The notes beneath the pieces are model-generated. The model was given only the letters and a program-made list of their open reading frames with translations. It was not told the origin of the DNA and did no database searches. The position numbers and the translations under genes were made by a program. 64,000 nucleotides of DNA from Acutalibacteraceae bacterium (GTDB taxonomy: Bacteria > Pseudomonadota > Gammaproteobacteria > Burkholderiales > Burkholderiaceae_F), in NCBI GenBank assembly GCA_963647785.1, contig CAVJBF010000002.1, positions 23,717 through 87,716 of the forward strand, in the 5' to 3' direction. Below, one piece after another: positions 44,608 through 55,386 of the stretch (its first letter is position 1; every line of letters starts with the position of its first letter).

Positions 44608-46065
44608 GTGGAAGATGTGAAATTTGCCTCCGTTACGGAGCTTTCCCGGGCGCTCGCTGCCAAGGAAGTGAGCGCGGTGGAGCTCGCTCAGGCCTATCTT
44701 GGCCGCATGGAAGCACACAAGAAACTCAACTGCTTTCTCGACGTTCGTCCGGAAGTGACGCTCGCGGAAGCTCGTGAAGCTGACAAGCGCATCGCTGAAG
44801 GCACCGCAGGGCGTCTTACCGGCATTCCGATTGCGCACAAGGACATCTTCGTGACGAAGAAGTGGGCGTCCACAGCCGCAAGCAAGATGCTCGAAGGCTA
44901 CATGAGTCCTTTTGACGCTACGGTGGTGAAGAAGCTCTCAGCCGCTGGCATGGTGACGCTCGGAAAGCTCAACTGCGACGAGTTCGCCATGGGCTCCGCC
45001 AATGAAAATTCTGCCTACGGTCGAGTCTACAACCCGTGGGACGTGAAGGCAGTGCCTGGCGGCAGTTCCGGCGGCAGCTCCGCCTGCGTGGCGGCGGGAC
45101 TGGCTCCCATTGCAACGGCGACTGACACGGGCGGCTCCATTCGCGAGCCCGCCTCCTTTACGGGGGTGACGGGCTTGAAGCCCACGTACGGTCGTCCGAG
45201 TCGACTGGGCATGATTGCGTTTGCCTCAAGCCTTGATACCGCCGGCCTCATGGCGCATTCCGCAGAAGACATCGCCTGGGTGCTGGGCGACATGGTGGGC
45301 TACGAGCCGTGGGACTCCACGAGTGAAAATCGTCCGACGGAAGATTTCACGCGCGACCTTCATCGCGGCGTGAAGGGCCTCAGAATCGGCGTGCCGCGCG
45401 CATGGTTCACGGAGGCGCTCGATGCAGAAGTAGGCGCTGCGATTGAAAAGGTGATCGACGAGTACCAGCGTCAGGGCGCTGAGATCGTTGACATCGCGCT
45501 TCCCACGGCTGAGCTGGGCGTTCCCGTTTACTACGTAGTTGCCTGCGCTGAGGCGAGCTCCAATCTCTCGCGCTTTGACGGCGTGCGCTATGGTCACCGC
45601 GCCGCGCAGTATGACGACATTCAAGACATGATCAAGAAGAGCCGCAACGAAGGGTTCGGCGCAGAGCCCAAGCGCCGCATCATGATCGGCACTTACGTGC
45701 TTTCTCATGGCTACTACGACGCCTACTATCTCAAGGCGCAGAAGGTTCGTCGCCTCATCACGCAGGAATTTGACAAGGCGTTTGAAAGCGTGGATGCAAT
45801 TTTGAGTCCGGTAACGACTTCCACGGCCTTTGATTTCGGCGCCAAGAGCGATCCGGTCACAGCGTACTTGGGCGACCTTTACACGGTGCCGGAGTCTCTG
45901 GCAGGCCTTCCCTGCATGAGCCTGCCCTGCGGCATTCATTCCAACGGGCGTCCCATCGGCGTGCAGCTCACCTGTGCGCGCTTTGAGGAGGCGAAGATGC
46001 TCGGAATCGCACAGGCCTGGCAGAACGCCACTGACTGGCACATGAAGCATCCGACCGGGTTTTAA
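44608..46065 (+). CDS. gatA: Asp/Glu-tRNA amidotransferase subunit A
   Basis: 485 aa. Amidase signature GGSSGGS. GTG start 7 nt after AAGGAG. Confidence 0.96.
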   Translation: MEDVKFASVTELSRALAAKEVSAVELAQAYLGRMEAHKKLNCFLDVRPEVTLAEAREADKRIAEGTAGRLTGIPIAHKDIFVTKKWASTAASKMLEGYMSPFDATVVKKLSAAGMVTLGKLNCDEFAMGSANENSAYGRVYNPWDVKAVPGGSSGGSSACVAAGLAPIATATDTGGSIREPASFTGVTGLKPTYGRPSRLGMIAFASSLDTAGLMAHSAEDIAWVLGDMVGYEPWDSTSENRPTEDFTRDLHRGVKGLRIGVPRAWFTEALDAEVGAAIEKVIDEYQRQGAEIVDIALPTAELGVPVYYVVACAEASSNLSRFDGVRYGHRAAQYDDIQDMIKKSRNEGFGAEPKRRIMIGTYVLSHGYYDAYYLKAQKVRRLITQEFDKAFESVDAILSPVTTSTAFDFGAKSDPVTAYLGDLYTVPESLAGLPCMSLPCGIHSNGRPIGVQLTCARFEEAKMLGIAQAWQNATDWHMKHPTGF

Positions 46066-46080
46066 TTGAGAGTGAAGAAC

Positions 46081-47529
46081 ATGGAATGGGAAGTTGTCAT
46101 CGGTCTTGAGACGCACGTTCAGCTCTCGACCGAGTCCAAGATTTTTTCGGGCGCCTCCACTAGTTTTGGCGCAGAGCCGAACACGCATGCTTGCTACATC
46201 GACCTCGCGCTCCCCGGGGCGCTCCCGGTTTTAAACAAGAGCGCGGTGGAAAAGGCGATGCGCTTTGGTTTTGCCATTGGCGCCGAAGTGGCGGACAAGT
46301 CAGTCTTTGACCGCAAGAATTATTTCTACCCCGATCTGCCCAAGGGCTATCAGATCAGCCAGTTCGAGCTGCCGATCGTAAAGGGCGGCCAGCTTTCCTT
46401 CACGGTGCAGCCTAAGGATGGCGAGCCCTATGTGAAGACGATCAACCTCACGCGTGCTCATCTTGAAGAAGATGCGGGCAAGAGCGTGCATGGCATTGTG
46501 GCGCACAAGTCGGGCATCGACTTGAACCGCGCCGGCACGCCGCTCCTGGAAATTGTGACGGAGCCTGAGATGCGCAGCTCGGCGGAGGCCGTGGGCTACG
46601 CTCGAGCGTTGCATGCGCTCGTGGTGTGGCTTGGCATGACGCGCGGCAACATGCAGGAAGGCAACTTTCGCTGTGATGCAAACGTGTCCGTGCGTCCAAA
46701 GGGGGAGACGAAGTTCGGCACGCGATGCGAAATCAAGAATCTCAATTCCTTCAAGTTCCTTCAGGACGCGATTGACTACGAAGTGCGTCGTCAGATTGAG
46801 CTCATCGAGGCGGGCGGCCGGGTGGTTCAGGCGACGCGCCTCTATGACCCGGATCAGAACGAGACGCGTCAGATGCGCAGCAAGGAAGACTCGATGGACT
46901 ATCGCTACTTCCCAGATCCCGATTTGATGCCGCTTGTGATCAGTCCGGAATGGAAGGCAAAGGTAGCGGCGTCGATGCCAGAGTTGCCTGAAGCGATGAA
47001 AAAGCGTCTGGTGGCGGACTTTGGTCTCACCGACTATGACGCGGGTGTCATCACGTCTTCTCGGGATGTGGCGGACTATTTCCTCAAGGCCTCCGAAGGA
47101 CTGAAGGACAAGAAGATCGTTGCCAACTGGGTGATGGGCGAAGTGGCGGCCAGCGTGAATGCTGTCGAAGGCATGACCTACGCTGACGCGCCGGTGAAGG
47201 GTGAGACGCTGGGCGACATTCTGAAGCGTCTGGCGGACGGCACGGTGAACGCGAAGGGCGCCAAGCGCCTCTTCTCGCTTCTCTGGGACGGTGCCGAAGG
47301 CACGGTGGACGCATTGATTGAAAAGGAAGGCCTTAAGCAGATTTCGGACGCTTCTGCGATCGAAGGCATCATCGACGAGGTGCTCAAGAACAACGCCAAG
47401 ATGGTGGAGGAATTCCGCGCCGGCAAGGAAAAGGCCTTCAATGCGCTTGTGGGGCAGGCCATGAAGGCCACTCGAGGCAAGGCCAACCCCAAGCAGGTGA
47501 ATGAAATCCTGCGCGCCAAGCTCGCTTGA
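46081..47529 (+). CDS. gatB: Asp/Glu-tRNA amidotransferase subunit B
   Basis: [15 protein letters not shown] start at ATG 46081. The ORF-track TTG at 46066 is less likely. Confidence 0.96.
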   Translation: MEWEVVIGLETHVQLSTESKIFSGASTSFGAEPNTHACYIDLALPGALPVLNKSAVEKAMRFGFAIGAEVADKSVFDRKNYFYPDLPKGYQISQFELPIVKGGQLSFTVQPKDGEPYVKTINLTRAHLEEDAGKSVHGIVAHKSGIDLNRAGTPLLEIVTEPEMRSSAEAVGYARALHALVVWLGMTRGNMQEGNFRCDANVSVRPKGETKFGTRCEIKNLNSFKFLQDAIDYEVRRQIELIEAGGRVVQATRLYDPDQNETRQMRSKEDSMDYRYFPDPDLMPLVISPEWKAKVAASMPELPEAMKKRLVADFGLTDYDAGVITSSRDVADYFLKASEGLKDKKIVANWVMGEVAASVNAVEGMTYADAPVKGETLGDILKRLADGTVNAKGAKRLFSLLWDGAEGTVDALIEKEGLKQISDASAIEGIIDEVLKNNAKMVEEFRAGKEKAFNALVGQAMKATRGKANPKQVNEILRAKLA

Positions 47530-47553
47530 TGCATTGAGTGAACCTTGACTCTT

Positions 47554-47591
47554 GCGCCTGCTTTTCTGTGTTGGAGAGGCAGGCGCTTTTT
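47554..47591 (+). terminator. Rho-independent terminator after gatB
   Basis: Stem GCGCCTGC/GCAGGCGC followed by TTTTT. Confidence 0.7.
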
Positions 47592-47606
47592 GTATGCCAG
47601 CCCGTC

Positions 47607-47984
47607 ATGAAGCGCTATTGCCGAATTCGCCCCTTTGATCGCGTGACCTTTGGGCGCGTGAGTCGTTCAGTTTTCTGGAGCACCGCGGCGGTGGACGTCG
47701 TGCTCCTGACGGCGGCGTTTTTTGGACCGCTGGAAGCGGCTTACCAACTGCAGCTGGAGCCGACAGGATGGTTTATGCGAGCGTGGGTTTTCGGCTGGGG
47801 CGTGCTTGCGGTCACGCTGGGGGTGTGTCTGCTGCGTCTGGCGCGAAGGCGCTTGCACGATGCTGGGATGTCGGGAGCTTTGCTGTGGTGGCTCCTGGTT
47901 CCGGCGGCGGGCTGGGGCTGGCTTTTCTGGCTTCTCGCCAAACCGTCGGTGCCAGAGAAGACTCGCTACGACGAGCTTTCATGA
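47607..47984 (+). CDS. DUF805-family inner membrane protein
   Basis: RRLHDAGMSG signature with flanking TM helices. Start placed after the gatB terminator. Confidence 0.75.
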   Translation: MKRYCRIRPFDRVTFGRVSRSVFWSTAAVDVVLLTAAFFGPLEAAYQLQLEPTGWFMRAWVFGWGVLAVTLGVCLLRLARRRLHDAGMSGALLWWLLVPAAGWGWLFWLLAKPSVPEKTRYDELS

Positions 47985-48005
47985 AAAAAGCCGCCCGAAG
48001 GCGGC
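47984..48005 (-). terminator. Rho-independent terminator after pyrE
   Basis: Stem GCCGCC/GGCGGC with loop CGAA, followed on the minus strand by TTTTTT. Confidence 0.7.
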
Positions 48006-48025
48006 TCTGAGACAATGTGCATGCT

Positions 48026-48703
48026 TTATGCGCCGTAACGCTGGCGGTAGGCGGCGACAGCATCCTTGTAGGCGGCAGCGGCTTTGGCAGCGTCGCTTTC
48101 GCCTTCCATGAAGCTCAAAAGGTCTGCGAGATTGGCAATTGAAATGACCGGGATGCCGATTGTTTTTTCAACATCCTGCACAGCGGACGTTTCCGTCATT
48201 ACTTCGGCGTTTCCCCCCTTTTCCATGCGATCAAGCGCAATCAGCACGCCAGAAGGCGCAGCGCCGTTGGCTTTGATGAGCGCCACGGATTCGCGCACAG
48301 AGGTGCCGGCGCTGATCACGTCGTCGATGATGATGACGCGTCCCTTGAGAGGCGAGCCGATGATGGTGCCGCCTTCGCCGTGGTCCTTGGCTTCCTTGCG
48401 GTTGAAGGCGTAGGGTATGTCAAGGCCGAGACGCGAAAGGTTGATGGCAACGGCGGCTGCGAGCGGGATGCCCTTGTAGGCAGGACCATAGATCATGTCA
48501 AAGTCCACGCGTCCGGCCTTTTTTGCGTTGAGCAGGGCCTGCGCGTAGAAGTGGCCGAGGCGGTCGAGCAGCGCACCGGTGTTGAAGAGTCCGGCATTGA
48601 AGAAGTAGGGGCTCAGGCGGCCGGCCTTGGTCTTGAATTCGCCGAAGCGAAGGACATTGGCGTTGAGCGCAAACTCGATGAACTGGTGATGATTTTCGGT
48701 CAT
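48026..48703 (-). CDS. pyrE: Orotate phosphoribosyltransferase
   Basis: Start MTENHHQFIEFAL..LRFGEFKTKAGRLSPYFFN. PRPP motif VIIIDDVISAGTS. Confidence 0.95.
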   Translation of the reverse strand: MTENHHQFIEFALNANVLRFGEFKTKAGRLSPYFFNAGLFNTGALLDRLGHFYAQALLNAKKAGRVDFDMIYGPAYKGIPLAAAVAINLSRLGLDIPYAFNRKEAKDHGEGGTIIGSPLKGRVIIIDDVISAGTSVRESVALIKANGAAPSGVLIALDRMEKGGNAEVMTETSAVQDVEKTIGIPVISIANLADLLSFMEGESDAAKAAAAYKDAVAAYRQRYGA

Positions 48704-48826
48704 GACGTTGGATTCGCCGCGAAGGACTGAGGGGCGTTCGCGGCGTGAAAATGGGTAAGGAAGCGTCAATTTTAGCCCGCGGCCGCCATCGCTAAAATGG
48801 GGCGTCGAACTTAGGAGACTCAATCA

Positions 48827-49603
48827 ATGCTGCGTCTTGTGACATTCAATGCGAACGGCATCCGCAGTGCGGACAAGAAGGGCTTTTGGTCTTGGTTTGA
48901 GGCGCAGGATGCAGACATTCTTTGCATCCAGGAGCTGAAGGCGCAGGAGGCGGACTTGTCGGAAGCCATCCGGTGCCGGCCGGGCTATCACGCGTGGTTT
49001 CACTGCGCGCAGAAAAAAGGGTATTCCGGCTGCGGCATTTGGTCACGCACGGAGCCCGAACAGGTTCAGATCGGCATGGGGGTGCCGGAGTTTGATGGTG
49101 AAGGCCGCTACGTGCGGCTTGACTTCAAGAAAACATCCGTGATCGGCGTTTACTTTCCCTCAGGCACGAGCGGCGACGATCGGCAGGCTGCAAAGTATCG
49201 CTTTCTGGCTGCTTTTGAATCGCATGTTGAAGCGCTTCGGAAGGAGGGACGCGAAATTGTCTTTGCGGGCGATGTGAACATCGCGCACAAGGAAATAGAC
49301 CTCAAGAATTGGAAGGGAAATCTCGACCACACGGGTTTTTTGCCTGAGGAGCGCGCATGGATGACGCATCTTTTTGATGATCTTGGCTGGTGCGACGTCT
49401 TTCGAAAATTGGATTCGCGGCCGGATCAGTACACCTGGTGGAGCCAGCGAGGGCAGGCCAGAGCGAAGAACGTCGGCTGGCGCATTGACTATCAAATTGC
49501 AACGCCGGCGCTGGCCGGCTCGGCGCGCGCTGCGGCGATTTATGCGGCGGAGAAGTTCTCAGATCATGCGCCGCTCACGATTGACTACGACTGGAGTCTC
49601 TGA
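48827..49603 (+). CDS. xthA: Exodeoxyribonuclease III
   Basis: 258 aa with FNANGIR, CIQELK and C-terminal SDHAP. Confidence 0.93.
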   Translation: MLRLVTFNANGIRSADKKGFWSWFEAQDADILCIQELKAQEADLSEAIRCRPGYHAWFHCAQKKGYSGCGIWSRTEPEQVQIGMGVPEFDGEGRYVRLDFKKTSVIGVYFPSGTSGDDRQAAKYRFLAAFESHVEALRKEGREIVFAGDVNIAHKEIDLKNWKGNLDHTGFLPEERAWMTHLFDDLGWCDVFRKLDSRPDQYTWWSQRGQARAKNVGWRIDYQIATPALAGSARAAAIYAAEKFSDHAPLTIDYDWSL

Positions 49604-50313
49604 TGCGTTTGGAAGACGTTCTTTTTTCGCAAGGGTTCGGCACGCGGCACGAATGTCGGGGCCTTATTGCCTTGGAACGCGTCACGTTTGACGGCGTCAG
49701 GATGGATGATCCGGACGCACAGGTGAATCCCGAGGGAAAAAGCTTTACGGTGGATGGCGAAGCATGGCCGTATCGGGAGAAGGCGCTTATTGTGCTCAAC
49801 AAGCCCGCGGGTTATGAATGCTCGCAAAAGCCTCTGCATCATCCGTCCGTGATGCAGCTTCTGCCGCCGCCTCTGCGCGTTCGGGGGTTGCAGCCCGTGG
49901 GACGCCTTGACGAGGACACGACGGGACTTCTTCTTTTGACGGACGATGGCGCGCTCATTCATCGGCTGACTCACCCCAAAAAGCACGTGGCAAAGACGTA
50001 CGAAGTTCTGTGCAAGCATCCGGTGACCGACGTCATGGTGAGGAAGCTTCTGGCCGGCGTGATGATTGAAGGCGAGCGGGAGCCTGTGGCGGCTGTGCGG
50101 TGCGAGATCACGGGAGAAAAGATGCTGCGGCTTGTGATCACGGCGGGAAAATACCATCAGGTGAAGCGCATGGTGGCGGCGGTTGGCAATCGCGTGGAAG
50201 GCTTGTCTCGTTCGGGATTTGGCGCCTTCACGCTGCCATTGGATTTGTCTGAACGAGCCTGGCGCTGGCTTACGGATGAAGAGACGAAGGCCGTTCAGCA
50301 GAGAAATTTTTGA
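49603..50313 (+). CDS. rsuA: RsuA-family rRNA pseudouridine synthase
   Basis: S4 domain plus catalytic GRLDEDTTGLLLLTDDG. ATGA-type coupling to xthA. Exact rRNA target not determinable from sequence. Confidence 0.8.
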   Translation: MRLEDVLFSQGFGTRHECRGLIALERVTFDGVRMDDPDAQVNPEGKSFTVDGEAWPYREKALIVLNKPAGYECSQKPLHHPSVMQLLPPPLRVRGLQPVGRLDEDTTGLLLLTDDGALIHRLTHPKKHVAKTYEVLCKHPVTDVMVRKLLAGVMIEGEREPVAAVRCEITGEKMLRLVITAGKYHQVKRMVAAVGNRVEGLSRSGFGAFTLPLDLSERAWRWLTDEETKAVQQRNF

Positions 50314-50322
50314 GGGGGAGGC

Positions 50323-51642
50323 ATGAGTCGGCTTCTGGGGTGGCTGGGACCGTACCGCAATCCGGCGGCGCTGCGAATGTTTTTTCTGGGGTTCTCCTCA
50401 GGGTTGCCGCTGCTTCTCGTGCTGGGAACGCTTTCCTTTCGATTGCGCGAATGCGGCATTGACTTGAAGACCATCGGTTTCATGAGCTGGGTGGGGCTTT
50501 GCTGGGGCATGAAGTGGCTGTGGGCTCCGCTGGTGGACCGGTTGCCGATTCCTTTGCTGACGTCACCCCTTGGACGGCGGCGCTCCTGGCTTCTTCTGGC
50601 GCAGGCGGGGGTTATGGCGGGACTGGTGCTTTTGGCGTTCTCCCGGCCGGAGGCGGACTTGACGCAGACGGCAGTTTGCGCACTTGTCACCGCATTTTTT
50701 GGTGCTACGCAGGACATTGCGCTGGATGCTTATCGCATTGAGTCCGGCAGCGAAGAGGAGCAAGCCGCATTTGCTGCGATGTATCAAACGGGGTATCGGC
50801 TGGCCATGATCTGGTCGGGGGCGGGGGCACTGGCGGTTGCTGCGGCGTTTGATGCAGGGAGCGAAGGCGGCTGGCAGGCGGCATATCTTGTTATGGCGGC
50901 GAGCCTGCTGCCCGGCATTTTGACGGTGTTGCTAAGTCCGGAGCCCGCAGTGAAGAACATGGTTGACAAGGCTAAAAATCCTGCGGAATGGTTCTATGAG
51001 GCGGCCTGTCTGCCTTTCATCGATTTTTTCAAGCGCTTTGGCGTCTGGGCGATTGCGGTCCTTCTGCTTATTGCCACTTACCGCATCAGCGACGTGGTGA
51101 TGGGCATCATGGCGAACCCCTTTTATAGCGACCTGGGCTTTACGAAGGAGGAGGTGGCTGCTGTGAGCAAGGTGTTCGGCGTTGTGATGACGCTTGCGGG
51201 CGCCTTTGCGGGCGGCATGGTGGCGATGAAAATTGGCGTCATGAAGACGCTTTTTCTAGGGGGGCTTCTGTCGGCGGCCACCAATTTGCTGTTTTCTGTG
51301 CTCGCTGCTCGGGGACATGATCTGGCGTTTCTCATCTTCACGGTGAGTGCGGACAATCTGGCGGGGGGACTCGCGTCGGCGGCCTTCGTCGCCTATTTGT
51401 CAGGTCTGACCAATTCGGCTTATTCAGCGACGCAGTACGCGCTCTTTAGCTCAATCATGCTGTTGCTACCGAAATTTCTAGCGGGCTTTTCCGGCATGGC
51501 AGTGGAGTCGATGGGGTATGCGTGCTTTTTCACGGCGACAGCCTGTCTCGGCATCCCTGTGCTGTTTTTTGTAGTACTTGCAGACAGGGCACGCCAGAGG
51601 CTGGCGGAGGAAAATAAAGAGCCGCCAGCGGGCGGCTCCTGA
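50323..51642 (+). CDS. ampG: AmpG-family muropeptide MFS permease
   Basis: 439-aa polytopic protein. N-terminal LGFSSGLPLLL and WLWAPLVDR motifs. Confidence 0.85.
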   Translation: MSRLLGWLGPYRNPAALRMFFLGFSSGLPLLLVLGTLSFRLRECGIDLKTIGFMSWVGLCWGMKWLWAPLVDRLPIPLLTSPLGRRRSWLLLAQAGVMAGLVLLAFSRPEADLTQTAVCALVTAFFGATQDIALDAYRIESGSEEEQAAFAAMYQTGYRLAMIWSGAGALAVAAAFDAGSEGGWQAAYLVMAASLLPGILTVLLSPEPAVKNMVDKAKNPAEWFYEAACLPFIDFFKRFGVWAIAVLLLIATYRISDVVMGIMANPFYSDLGFTKEEVAAVSKVFGVVMTLAGAFAGGMVAMKIGVMKTLFLGGLLSAATNLLFSVLAARGHDLAFLIFTVSADNLAGGLASAAFVAYLSGLTNSAYSATQYALFSSIMLLLPKFLAGFSGMAVESMGYACFFTATACLGIPVLFFVVLADRARQRLAEENKEPPAGGS

Positions 51643-51655
51643 GGTTGGCTAAAAA

Positions 51656-52345
51656 TCAGCGGCGAGAGCGCGGCTTTTTTGTTGCTTTCGGCGCAGACCG
51701 CTGAGCGCGAGCGATGTCAAGCGCCCGCGTGACTTCGGCAATTTCCTGCACGCAGGCCTGCACGTCAGCAAGTGCTTCATCCAAATCTGCGAAGGCTACT
51801 TCTGAGTCAATGTCGTTTTCAATCGCTGCTTCAGCACTGTCCTCTGCGTTGCTTGGCTCGGCGGGCGTGTCTGTCTTTGCCGCCCAGCGAAGAATGCCCA
51901 CCATGCCGGCTTGAACGGCCTTGGTGCTGTTTTTGACGAGCTCCGGCCAAAGGGCGCATGCCGCGGCAAAGCCGTCGGCAAAAGGCGTCAAGGCGGCAAG
52001 CGAAGCTTCTCCCGCAAGCTCTTCGCCCGTTTCTTCGTCAAAGTCAAAGAGAATCGGATCAATCGGTTTTTCAGAGAGTACGGCAGCTTCGATTTCGGCG
52101 CCTCGACGCAGAATGAGCTTCTTGAGGCGGCTCTGCTCGGGCTCTGCGAGTCTGGCGCGGGGATTGGCGCCTTCGTCAAATACGTAAGGAAGCCAGTCTG
52201 CCTGTGCAGGCGGATTCTTCATAAGCGTGAGCGCCGTGAGAAAGCCGTCTAGCATGTCGGGCTCCATCGCGGAGAACTCATCAGGGATACGGGCGAGAAG
52301 TTCGCCTAACAGTTCAATTTCCTCAAGAGAGAGCGGCGTCGCCAT
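51656..52345 (-). CDS. UPF0149 (YecA/YgfB-like) family protein
   Basis: Start MATPLSLEEIELLGELL...MLDGFLTAL. No C-terminal SEC-C Cys motif. This start overlaps the ptsI 3' end by 23 nt. Confidence 0.65.
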   Translation of the reverse strand: MATPLSLEEIELLGELLARIPDEFSAMEPDMLDGFLTALTLMKNPPAQADWLPYVFDEGANPRARLAEPEQSRLKKLILRRGAEIEAAVLSEKPIDPILFDFDEETGEELAGEASLAALTPFADGFAAACALWPELVKNSTKAVQAGMVGILRWAAKTDTPAEPSNAEDSAEAAIENDIDSEVAFADLDEALADVQACVQEIAEVTRALDIARAQRSAPKATKKPRSRR

Positions 52346-54311
52346 TGTTTTTTCCTTTCGTTTTCGGTGGCATGGGGTAAGCGGCTTTGAGCGAGCTGTA
52401 GCTCGTGAGAGCGTCCTTTCCAGTGACCAGCCGGCGGATGTTGCCGAAGTTGTGCATGCGGCTGATGCGTGCAATGATGTTTTCCGCATCCTTGCAGCGC
52501 ATGCAGAGGATCATTTCCTTCAAGGGCAGAATGCGAGCGCTTTCCATGGAAAGGTGACGCGCTCCCATGCCGATGAGAAGACGAGCCATCATGGGATCGC
52601 CAGCGATTTCGCCGCAGATGCTTACCGGCTTTTTGGCGCGGTTGGAGGTGCGGATCACCTGACTGAGCAGCGAAAGCACGGCCGGGTGCAGTGGATCGTA
52701 CAAGTCGCTTACGCCGGGATCGTGACGGTCGACGGCGAGCGTGTACTGGATCAGGTCGTTGGTGCCGAGACTGATGAAGTCAAGGTCATGCAGGAAGATT
52801 GGCAGGGCGAGAGCGGCGGCCGGAACTTCGATCATGCCGCCCAGCGCGATTCGGTCGGCGCAGGCGACGTTTCGGTCTCGCAACTCTTCCTGCGCACGAC
52901 GGATGAGGCCTCGTGTGATTTCAATTTCCGAGGGGCGCGTGAGTAGCGGCAACATCATGCGGACGTTGTTGCCCCGGGCGGCGCGAAGAATCGCCCTGAT
53001 CTGCGTGAGGAAAAAACCAGGATGATTCAAGCTGAAGCGGATGGCGCGGCGACCGAGTGCAGGGTTGGGGAGCGTCTCCTCCTCGACAAAGTTGAGCGAC
53101 TCCATCGCCTCGTGCGACAGCATTTTGTCGCCGCCAAGGTCCATGGTTCGGATGGTGACGGACTTGCCCTTCATCGCGCGGATGACCCGCAGATAGGTTT
53201 CGTACTGTTCGTCTTCACTGGGCGCCGTGGGACGATTCATGAAGAGAAATTCCGAACGAAAGAGTCCGATGCCGTCTGCGCCGACGCGCTGAGCGTCGCG
53301 AACGTCTTCAGGAAGAGCGATGTTGGCCTGCAGCGACACGCTGACGTTGTCCAGAGTGACGCAGGGGCAGGTGATGAGCTTTTTAAGGCGCGTGCGAACG
53401 GTGCTCAGCTCTCGGATGCGCTGAGAGACAGCTGGCATCAGGGCAGGATCGGGGTGGATCGTAAGCGTGCCCTTGTCAGCGTCCAGAAGCACCACGTCGT
53501 CTGAGGTGATGCGGCTTGCTGCGCCATCAACACTGACGAGTGTTGGAATCTCGAGCGATCGCGCCAGAATCGCGGAGTGCGACGTGGGTGAGCCTGAACT
53601 CGTTACAAGGCCGGCGAGCGACAAGTCGCGGCGGCGCTTCAAGATGAGAATGTCTGCCGGATTGAGGTCTTCCGCAATGAGAATGACCTTGTCTTCATTC
53701 ATCGGCAGCTTCACGGTGTCCGCCGGACGACGACGGCCGCTTAAGACGCGCTGAACGCGTTCTACGACTTGCGAAATGTCCTCGATGCGCTCTGCGAGGT
53801 AGTCATTGTCGATTGCCTCGAATGTGCGGCGCAGCTCCTCCATGCGCAGCGACAGCGCCCATTCCGCATTGATGAGCTTTTCCTTCATGAGGGAAAGCGT
53901 GTCGGTGATGAGGCTTTCATCCGCGAGAATCTGACGATGCAGATTGATGAAGGAGAGTGCTTCAGAAGGTGCGTCCGTGTTCTGAGACAGGCTTTCAGCG
54001 ACTTCTGCAAGCTCTTTGTCTACTGAACTGATGGCAGCTCTGAGCCGCATGGCTTCCGATCGAGTTTGCGACTTGTCAATCGCAAAGTGCGGGATTTCCA
54101 GATCGCCTTCAGAAAGAATCTGCGCTTGACCGAGAGCGACGCCGGGGAAGACGGCGATGCCCGAGAGGGTGATGGGCTGTTCGTCTTGAGGAACTTCGAC
54201 GACATCATCCGCGGGCGTCGGTTCGGCGGAAGCGATCGGTTTTTCGGTGTCGACAGGGGCAGCGCCGGGGGCTGGTGCTTCGCTGTCTTTGATTTTGTCG
54301 TTTTCGTCCAT
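52323..54311 (-). CDS. ptsI: Phosphoenolpyruvate-protein phosphotransferase (PTS enzyme I)
   Basis: 662 aa. Phospho-His region GSPTSHSAILARSLEIP. PEP-binding GIGLFRSEF and IGTNDL. About 56 extra N-terminal residues. Confidence 0.93.
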   Translation of the reverse strand: MDENDKIKDSEAPAPGAAPVDTEKPIASAEPTPADDVVEVPQDEQPITLSGIAVFPGVALGQAQILSEGDLEIPHFAIDKSQTRSEAMRLRAAISSVDKELAEVAESLSQNTDAPSEALSFINLHRQILADESLITDTLSLMKEKLINAEWALSLRMEELRRTFEAIDNDYLAERIEDISQVVERVQRVLSGRRRPADTVKLPMNEDKVILIAEDLNPADILILKRRRDLSLAGLVTSSGSPTSHSAILARSLEIPTLVSVDGAASRITSDDVVLLDADKGTLTIHPDPALMPAVSQRIRELSTVRTRLKKLITCPCVTLDNVSVSLQANIALPEDVRDAQRVGADGIGLFRSEFLFMNRPTAPSEDEQYETYLRVIRAMKGKSVTIRTMDLGGDKMLSHEAMESLNFVEEETLPNPALGRRAIRFSLNHPGFFLTQIRAILRAARGNNVRMMLPLLTRPSEIEITRGLIRRAQEELRDRNVACADRIALGGMIEVPAAALALPIFLHDLDFISLGTNDLIQYTLAVDRHDPGVSDLYDPLHPAVLSLLSQVIRTSNRAKKPVSICGEIAGDPMMARLLIGMGARHLSMESARILPLKEMILCMRCKDAENIIARISRMHNFGNIRRLVTGKDALTSYSSLKAAYPMPPKTKGKNNGDAALS

Positions 54312-54314
54312 GGC

Positions 54315-54584
54315 TTATTCCTCTTCACCGAATCGGGAAGTGACGAGCGAGACGAGACTGTCGAGGGCGACGGCTTCGCCGGAACCATCGGTCGTAATGG
54401 TGATTTCCTCTCCGCATTTGGCGGCGAGCGCCATCACGGCCAGGATGGACTTGGCGTCGATGGCTTTGCCGTTTTTTGTGATGGTGATTTTGCAACCGAA
54501 GAGGTTGGCCGTTTTGGTGAGCAGGGCGGCCGGACGGGCGTGCATGCCCAGCTTGTTGATGATCTTGACGTTACGGGACAGCAT
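54315..54584 (-). CDS. ptsH: Phosphocarrier protein HPr
   Basis: 89 aa. Active-site GMHARPA. Confidence 0.93.
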   Translation of the reverse strand: MLSRNVKIINKLGMHARPAALLTKTANLFGCKITITKNGKAIDAKSILAVMALAAKCGEEITITTDGSGEAVALDSLVSLVTSRFGEEE

Positions 54585-54646
54585 GGTCTCTTCCTGACAG
54601 AGTCAGAAATGGCGTCCTGCAGGGATGAGTGACAGGGCGGGACGCC

Positions 54647-55051
54647 TCAGTGTTCTATGGTTCCCTCAATGATACTCACCATTCCCGCTTCTTTGACGAG
54701 ACGGGTGATGTCCGTCAGATTTTCGTCGCGGTGGCAGAGCGCCGTAAGCACCATGGGAAGGTTGGCGCCGGCGAGGACAGACGTCTTGTCGTACTCCAGC
54801 ATGCGGTGCGCGATGTTGGAGGGCGTGGCGCCGACGACGTCGGTGAGAATCAGAACTCCGTCGCGGTTCCTTTCCGTTTCGAGCGCAGACGCCACGACGC
54901 TCGCCACTGCATCAGTGTCGGAGTCGGGCAGCACGTCGAAGGCGTGAATGCGGTCGGCGGTGCGCTTGTCGCAGCTATACACGTGCACTGCGCAGTCTTT
55001 GAGCGCAGTCGCAAGCGGCGTGTGAGCGATGATGAAGATGGAAACGGACAC
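54647..55051 (-). CDS. PTS EIIA component, mannose/fructose family
   Basis: 134 aa. N-terminal IIAHTPLA (phospho-His region). First gene of the EIIA-HPr-EI cluster. Confidence 0.85.
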   Translation of the reverse strand: MSVSIFIIAHTPLATALKDCAVHVYSCDKRTADRIHAFDVLPDSDTDAVASVVASALETERNRDGVLILTDVVGATPSNIAHRMLEYDKTSVLAGANLPMVLTALCHRDENLTDITRLVKEAGMVSIIEGTIEH

Positions 55052-55386
55052 AATACTTTTGGAGCGTATTTTTCAGGCGTTTTTTTACCGCCTCAATTTT
55101 TTCGGCGCTGTGGAAAACGATGGGAGGGAGTCTACCTGAGAGAAAAGTGATGTGTGAGGTGCGCTAACTGAATTGAAAATTGACGTAAATTATCGTCAAA
55201 AGGATATATTTTGTAGTAAATTGAGTGAACGTCTAGTCAATGCGCGTAATTGTGCGCGGTTCTGTCGGCAATTTTTCTGTGAAAAGTGTTGCTGATGTTT
55301 GGCGAACGGTGGTTTGGCTGAAAGGCGTTCGTCGAAACACCTAGACTGAATGAATTGGCTCATCACAAAATTAGGGAAATATACCT

